64,000 nt of DNA from contig JAZROD010000002.1 in the NCBI GenBank assembly GCA_045648505.1, positions 289 through 64,288 on the forward strand, in the 5' to 3' direction. This stretch comes from Clostridia bacterium. GTDB taxonomy: Bacteria; Bacillota; Clostridia; RGIG6154. Shown here in pieces: positions 58,909-64,000 of this stretch; within the stretch, counting starts at the first letter, position 1, and every line of letters starts with the position of its first letter. A model generated the notes under the pieces. That model was not told the origin of the DNA and did not search any database. It saw nothing but the letters and a program-made list of their open reading frames with translations. The translations under genes and the position numbers were made by a program.

Positions 58909-59814
58909 TTATGCCCTACACATATTTTCAAGAGCTTCTATTCTAAAAGCTGTTTTCGGGTGTGATGATTGCAATTTTTCAAGCAAATTTCTCTTGTCTG
59001 ATATTTCCATATCATAAAATTTATACAAGGCTGACAATAAGGCTTCGCCGTACCCTAATTCAAACGCCACTTTGTCTGCTCTGTATTCTTCCTTGCGACT
59101 TGTAGAAGATACCATAATTGTTAGAAACATCATTGCATATTTTAACCCAATACTTAAAATGTTTTTCAAAAAGCCTATAAGACTTCCAAAGAAAGAGTTA
59201 TCGCCTAGCATAATTTGTAACATCTGCAACACCTTTACAAAAATCATTACACCCCAAAAATACACATTAGAGGCTAACGATACAAAAACCGATACCTGAC
59301 CATCTCCGTTTACAATATGACCGATTTCGTGAGATATAACAGCCTCTATTTGTTCATCATTCATTGTTTCCATTAGTCCACGAGTAACTGCTATTGTATG
59401 TCTGCCAATGGCAAAAGCATTTACATTTACGCTGTCTACAATATATAATTTTAATTCATAATCTATCATTTTGCTATATGCTGTGCCACGCTCTTTTACA
59501 CTTTCAAATATATCTAAAAGCCTTTCTTTTTCCGTATCTGTCGCAATATGTCTCACATCATATATCGCCCTCAAAATATACTCGGGCAAATTTGTCAAAC
59601 AAAGTATTATAAGCAATATGTAAATCATAGCCAAAGTTATATTTACACTTATAGGCAATTGAATATTAAACCAAAACAAAAAATAATTTGCTATTAGTAA
59701 CAATAGTAACCGAGGTCTAACGGCAAAAATTGTAAACGGGTTTGGCTCTGGTTTCCCTCTATGTTCTTCTGGAATAAGAAAAACTTTTTCTAAATTTTGC
59801 ATAATTTTTGACAT
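58909..59814 (-). CDS. M48 (HtpX-like) membrane zinc metalloprotease
   Basis: TM helices, VNAFA, AVISHEIGH (HExxH), SRKEEYRAD, SHPKTAFRI. Confidence 0.92.
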   Translation of the reverse strand: MSKIMQNLEKVFLIPEEHRGKPEPNPFTIFAVRPRLLLLLIANYFLFWFNIQLPISVNITLAMIYILLIILCLTNLPEYILRAIYDVRHIATDTEKERLLDIFESVKERGTAYSKMIDYELKLYIVDSVNVNAFAIGRHTIAVTRGLMETMNDEQIEAVISHEIGHIVNGDGQVSVFVSLASNVYFWGVMIFVKVLQMLQIMLGDNSFFGSLIGFLKNILSIGLKYAMMFLTIMVSSTSRKEEYRADKVAFELGYGEALLSALYKFYDMEISDKRNLLEKLQSSHPKTAFRIEALENMCRA

Positions 59815-59828
59815 AATATAATTCTCCT

Positions 59829-61073
59829 TTAAAATTGTTTTATAACTTTTATTTTTTCACATTTCCCGTCATCTCTTGACATAAAAACGCCCTCGCCTGT
59901 TTTAAACGATTTAATCTCGTCAGGGTGTACAATAAATTCTCGTACTCGTTTTGCTGTTCCCATACCTGTTTCTTCTCTTTGATTTAACTGATATGTTAAC
60001 TGCATTTTTTCATGTGTTCCCAAGGTTTTCGACCATTCCTCAGCACTCCTAAAACTGTTTTGCCTCATAATGACATAATTGTTGCAATTTTCTATAATCT
60101 GATGTTTAAACGCTTCACCTACTGCTGATTCAAGGTCAGCAAGACTTTGCGTTGCACATACACAAGTAACACCTGCACTTCTGCTCTTGTTGATTAAGTC
60201 AATAAGCACAGAAGAAGCATATACATTTATTTCATCAAAGACAAAGAAACTACGATGGTTGCTGTTGAATAATTGGCTCACAGCTTTTTTGCTGTCTATC
60301 AAAATTAAACGCCCCAAAGCCTGTGATGTTTCTGGGTAGATTAGTGGGTTTAAAATAAACAGTATTACCGCACCAGTTTTCAACGCTGAATATATATCTA
60401 TTCCATTTTCGTCAAAGATTTCTCCCATCTCACTTTCTGCAATTGTTGCAAATCGTGCTGAAGCCTGTTCTGTTATTTTTCCACTTGCTTTTATTAAATC
60501 TAAATTTTCAATATGATTTTCTTTTGTTATCAAACTATTTTTTTGTAAAACGGCTGATAAACTTTCAAAATTATCTGTTGACATATTTTGAATTATTGAT
60601 TTGAAAGACAACGGAATTTCTGCAATATTCATTAGCTTTACAACTCGCTGTATGTATCTTTCTGTATTGGTTTTATAATGTGGTTCGCTCCATTCCGTCA
60701 TGTTTATCAACATATCTTTTGCAACGGTTTCTGTTGCATTTTTAAGCGGGTTATACTTTGCAGATTTTGTAGGCTCGTTCATATTGATTACATAAAGCGG
60801 TCTGTTATGCCTTTCACAAAACGCCTTTGTGATTTCATACATTGAACCTTGTCCTGTATCTCCTTTTCCGTCAACCAACAACAAGCCTATACCTTTTTCG
60901 ATGCTGTGCAAAATAAAATTTGATAATAATACAGTTTTACCCGCTCCCGTTGTACCTGATACAAAAATGTGTTTTGCGTTATCAGGACAATATATAGCCT
61001 TTTTTAATCTTGTATAACCAATTAAAGTTGAATTTTCTTTATTAACAGGACTACTCATATACTCTACCCCCAT
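59829..61073 (-). CDS. Type IV coupling protein ATPase (TraD/VirD4-like), C-terminal part
   Basis: HIFVSGTTGAGKT Walker A, VDGKGD, YNPL, FDE Walker B, KSRSAG, ATQSLADL, C-terminal VHPDEIKSFKTGE. Confidence 0.88.
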   Translation of the reverse strand: MGVEYMSSPVNKENSTLIGYTRLKKAIYCPDNAKHIFVSGTTGAGKTVLLSNFILHSIEKGIGLLLVDGKGDTGQGSMYEITKAFCERHNRPLYVINMNEPTKSAKYNPLKNATETVAKDMLINMTEWSEPHYKTNTERYIQRVVKLMNIAEIPLSFKSIIQNMSTDNFESLSAVLQKNSLITKENHIENLDLIKASGKITEQASARFATIAESEMGEIFDENGIDIYSALKTGAVILFILNPLIYPETSQALGRLILIDSKKAVSQLFNSNHRSFFVFDEINVYASSVLIDLINKSRSAGVTCVCATQSLADLESAVGEAFKHQIIENCNNYVIMRQNSFRSAEEWSKTLGTHEKMQLTYQLNQREETGMGTAKRVREFIVHPDEIKSFKTGEGVFMSRDDGKCEKIKVIKQF

Positions 61074-61491
61074 TTGCTGTAAATTTCCGCTCTAATGACA
61101 TAATTCCCGCTTGTTCTTTTTTGCGGTTGTACCTCATACGCTTTACTGTGTATGAGGCAACTGCAAAAGATACCGCCGTTAATATAAACCAGCTTGTCAA
61201 ACTATATAAACCATAAACCGATATAGTAAAGCTATGATTTAAAATTCCTTTGACAAGATCAACGGCAACTTGTGTTGTTTCTTCTAAAAACACCCCCATT
61301 TTAGTACACAATATCACAAGTAACACAATACAAGGAAACAACACAAAGTTTTCTTTTCTGTCTGTTCTCAACATCAAAAAAATAAACAAAATATTAAATG
61401 GTAATATCGGCAAACATATCAATATTGCAAGTGCCGATATTATCACATCAAAAACAGTAATCTGCTTTTGTTCTTTAAACTCTTCTGGCAT
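61051..61491 (-). CDS. Membrane protein; probable N-terminal TM anchor of the coupling protein (frameshifted)
   Basis: Three hydrophobic helices. Overlaps the ATPase ORF by 23 nt; deleting one T in AAATTT fuses the two frames. Confidence 0.65.
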   Translation of the reverse strand: MPEEFKEQKQITVFDVIISALAILICLPILPFNILFIFLMLRTDRKENFVLFPCIVLLVILCTKMGVFLEETTQVAVDLVKGILNHSFTISVYGLYSLTSWFILTAVSFAVASYTVKRMRYNRKKEQAGIMSLERKFTANGGRVYE

Positions 61492-62101
61492 ATTCCATCA
61501 CCTTTTCTAACGGCGTTATTTTTACGCCATATTTTTCACCTATAACTTTTACATTATCAACCACCTTTTGTCTGTCGCTTGGAATAAACCAAAGCTGAAA
61601 ATCAAAAATTTTGTAATTATTCTTTATGTTCTTTTCAAGAGTTATTGGCTTTTTTGCTGACAACTCAATTTCTACGCAATAGGTTTTATTGTCTTTTGTA
61701 TATTCAAAGTCGGGGAAGTGTTTAGGATTACCAAACCCCGCTTTATGTTTCATTTCTCGTTCAGTTGTAATGCTTGATTTTTCTACACCCTCATTATTTA
61801 TCAAATATATAGCGGTATCAATTACAGCTATATCATGCGTTATCTGTTCTATTCTTACATTCGTGGTGTAATATTCCAAATCAAGCAATCTTTCTGCTCT
61901 TTTTGTAACAAAATAAAGTCTTGGAACTCCATATATAAAATGTTTTCTTTCTATATAGCCCGCTTCTATCAGCTTCTTTAATCTCCTATCACATGCACGC
62001 TGACCGCTAAAACCACATAAGACTTTTATTTGTCTTGAAAGTAAAAAACGCCATTTTTGAATTTCTTTAATAATAGCTATATCTCTTTCCATTAAAACCA
62101 T
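61475..62101 (-). CDS. Replication-relaxation family (PF13814-like) relaxase
   Basis: ERDIAII...RRLKKLIEAGYI winged helix, THDIAV, HFPD...CVEIELSAK nuclease-like motif. Confidence 0.8.
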   Translation of the reverse strand: MVLMERDIAIIKEIQKWRFLLSRQIKVLCGFSGQRACDRRLKKLIEAGYIERKHFIYGVPRLYFVTKRAERLLDLEYYTTNVRIEQITHDIAVIDTAIYLINNEGVEKSSITTEREMKHKAGFGNPKHFPDFEYTKDNKTYCVEIELSAKKPITLEKNIKNNYKIFDFQLWFIPSDRQKVVDNVKVIGEKYGVKITPLEKVMEYARRV

Positions 62102-62114
62102 ATAAAACCACCTT

Positions 62115-62288
62115 TCAAATTTCGCTTTCGTTTAAATATTCGATAAATTTTTCATAATTTATCAAATATTTCGCCCCTGCTTTACGATAGACAATTTTGT
62201 CTTGTAAACACAATTGCCTTATGTAATGCACGGCTAAACCTGTCCGTTTTGCTGTTTCCTTAATTGTCAACATCGTTGGTGCTGTCAT
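62115..62288 (-). CDS. xis: Excisionase-like HTH protein (57 aa, not in ORF track)
   Basis: Manual translation MTAPTMLTIKETAKRTGLAVHYIRQLCLQDKIVYRKAGAKYLINYEKFIEYLNESEI; AAGGGGG RBS. Confidence 0.85.
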   Translation of the reverse strand: MTAPTMLTIKETAKRTGLAVHYIRQLCLQDKIVYRKAGAKYLINYEKFIEYLNESEI

Positions 62289-62374
62289 TTTTTTGCCCCC
62301 TTTCTATTTATATTTATTAAATATTCTTTTGTTGTGCAAGATTTTTTTGCTTTTTGATTTTAAATTTCAAAACA

Positions 62375-62420
62375 ATCTTGACAAGTGAATTATAATATGT
62401 TAAAATAGTTTTGTCAAGAT
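62375..62420. promoter_or_regulatory. Overlapping divergent promoters forming the element 2 switch
   Basis: Plus strand TTGACA-17-TAAAAT (62378-62406); minus strand TTGACA-17-TATAAT (62417-62389); framed by ATCTTGACAA/TTGTCAAGAT. Confidence 0.75.
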
Positions 62421-62475
62421 AATTTGGAAATTTTTTTTAAAAAGCAAATATTTATTGCTAAAAGGAGTTACTATT

Positions 62476-63081
62476 ATGAAAAATCAAAAGAGTATATCAG
62501 AAACTGAAAGGACATTTACCGAAAGACTTAACACTCTTATGAAAAACAAAAACATAACCCAAGCTATGCTTGCAGATGTGTTAGGCGTATCACGTCAAGC
62601 GGTGTCAACATATTCAAAGGGCGATATTTCGCCAGATTTTGAAAAGTTTAAAAAAATATGTGAATTTTTCAAGGTATCAACCGACTATATGTTAGGAATT
62701 TCAAACTCTGAAAGTATTATAGCTGAAGAACGTCTATGCTCTGAATTTACTGGCTTAAATACAAACTCAATAAAAGTACTTAATTCAATAAGCAATCACG
62801 ATACAGAAGAAGAAAAAATTTTAGAAAAGCTGTTAAATAGTATCTTGATAAATAAAGATGGTTTAATAATTCTTGCTAAAAAAATAATAGGTTGTTATAA
62901 CGCTTATGTTGTTGAACATAATGACAACATATCTTCTAATGACACAAATACAGGAACAGCACAATTTGATTACAGAACATCAAGATTTTTGGCTTGCGAT
63001 TGGTTTGATGACATAATAGAAGATATTGTCTTGACTATGTATGAAGAAAAGAGGGGTAACAATGGCAACGAAAACAAATAG
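62476..63081 (+). CDS. XRE-family HTH repressor of element 2
   Basis: FTERLNTLMKNKNITQAMLADVLGVSRQAVSTYSKG..PD...FFKVSTDYMLG; AAGGAG RBS. Confidence 0.9.
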   Translation: MKNQKSISETERTFTERLNTLMKNKNITQAMLADVLGVSRQAVSTYSKGDISPDFEKFKKICEFFKVSTDYMLGISNSESIIAEERLCSEFTGLNTNSIKVLNSISNHDTEEEKILEKLLNSILINKDGLIILAKKIIGCYNAYVVEHNDNISSNDTNTGTAQFDYRTSRFLACDWFDDIIEDIVLTMYEEKRGNNGNENK

Positions 63082-64000
63082 CGGTTTGCCGTCTGGCGTT
63101 TCTGCTGTAAAAAACCGCCCAGGGCTTTACCGCATTAGATGTGCGGTGCATGGCAAGAATTACAGCGAATATTACAGAACGGAAGAAACAAGCAAAAAGA
63201 AACTGCAAAGCGAACTGCAAAAAGTGGTTGATTCGTTCAAGGAACGTATCGAGTGCGGAATGCTAAAAAATAATGACATTAGTGAAAAAAGCACTTTTGA
63301 ACAAGCGGTTGAATGGTTTGTTAATATGCGAAAATTAAATATTCGGGAAAGCACACAGCTAACCGACAAATTTATTTTTGAGCATTACCTTGTCCCCCGC
63401 ATTGGCAAGTATAAACTAAAAGAAATCACATCGCCTATGGTTACAAAATTATTAGCAGAGCTGTTAGAAAAAGGCGGTGGCGGGCGTGCTACTTATAACG
63501 CAAAACCTGAGTTTATAGAACTGATGCACGAAAGAAAACCGAAAAGAACTGACGGCGGTTTTAATCTTGTTGCTCGGGAAATAGGCATAAATGAAGATAC
63601 TACATTTATACGAGTGAGAAAAGGCGGGAACTGTAACGAAGATGTCGCAAAAAGAGTTGCTAAATATTATGGTGTATCACTCGGCACAGCGTTTGACAAA
63701 AAAGAAGATATAAAACCGCTGTCGGCTTCTTATGTATCAAAAATCACATACACGCTGTCAGCCCTTTTCACAGCTTGCGTTAAAAATGGCGTTTTACTTA
63801 CTAACCCTGTTGCCAATGCGACAAAACCCCGCATTGGTGAAATGGATATACCCCCATATCTTGATAATACAACTATACCGATATTTTTAAACGCACTAAA
63901 CGAAATCAATATTGATAACTCAATACGTGTTTCGTTGATATTGATGTTAATGCTTGGTTTGAGAAGCGGGGAAGCTCGGGCGTTGCGCTGGGTAGATGTT
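63062..64000 (+). CDS. int: Tyrosine integrase of element 2 (partial), with an internal HTH insertion
   Basis: Not in ORF track. Open frame from ATG 63062 to the window end: YLVPRIGKYKLKEIT, NPVANATKP, ending LMLGLRSGEARALRWVDV (catalytic Arg box). Confidence 0.92.
   Translation, partial: MATKTNSGLPSGVSAVKNRPGLYRIRCAVHGKNYSEYYRTEETSKKKLQSELQKVVDSFKERIECGMLKNNDISEKSTFEQAVEWFVNMRKLNIRESTQLTDKFIFEHYLVPRIGKYKLKEITSPMVTKLLAELLEKGGGGRATYNAKPEFIELMHERKPKRTDGGFNLVAREIGINEDTTFIRVRKGGNCNEDVAKRVAKYYGVSLGTAFDKKEDIKPLSASYVSKITYTLSALFTACVKNGVLLTNPVANATKPRIGEMDIPPYLDNTTIPIFLNALNEINIDNSIRVSLILMLMLGLRSGEARALRWVDV

Larger units (their letters stand above)
55268..64000. mobile_element. Integrative mobilisable element 2 (replication-relaxation relaxase + coupling protein); continues beyond window
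   Basis: xis-relaxase-coupling protein-M48-J-domain-rep-cargo on the minus strand, repressor-integrase on the plus strand, att-like left end. Confidence 0.85.

Noticed and set aside
1-64000. CRISPR array, tRNA/rRNA genes, reverse transcriptase/DGR, cohesin-dockerin modules, prophage structural genes
   Set aside because: No regularly spaced repeats, cloverleaf or rRNA signatures, RT motifs, dockerin duplicated Ca-binding repeats or capsid/tail genes were seen by eye. Protein repeats differ at all base types rather than only at adenines.
48400-64000. Single self-transmissible ICE
   Set aside because: No VirB4 or other mating-pair genes; two independent int/xis/repressor/relaxase sets separated by an att-like junction indicate two mobilisable elements.

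Overview
Low-GC Clostridia-type chromosomal window with two parts. (1) 1-48036 is a large glycan-foraging region. It holds the 5' end of uxuA, a 1.8 kaa multidomain GH95 fucosidase and an AraC regulator, followed by a ~34-kb co-oriented block: acyltransferase-like, creatininase-like and DUF4091/GH123-like genes, SLH surface proteins, two GH141-like beta-helix proteins, HU, an orphan ABC solute-binding protein, GH29, several SGNH/CE15/serine esterases and a GH3+HAD pair. An alpha/beta-hydrolase and a 1.5 kaa NlpC/P60-like secreted protein close the region. Four otherwise unrelated secreted proteins share a C-terminal ~100-aa domain ending KxxxW...P. (2) ~48400-64000 holds two tandem integrative mobilisable elements joined at a hybrid att site whose core reads as the guaA 3' end (EWE-stop). 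Element 1 carries a MOB-P relaxase, MobC, TnpV, AAA RepA, integrase, Xis and repressor. Element 2 carries a replication-relaxation relaxase, coupling protein, M48 protease, J-domain protein, Rep, surface cargo and an integrase with an inserted HTH. Element 2 also has notable non-coding structure: a ~230-nt structured leader with pseudoknot potential and a terminator, a ssDNA-promoter-like long hairpin and a nested 160-bp inverted repeat. Four single-base lesions interrupt otherwise intact genes: two in-frame TAGs at Glu-equivalent positions and two +1 frameshifts. All family calls come from motif recognition by eye; no database searches were run.
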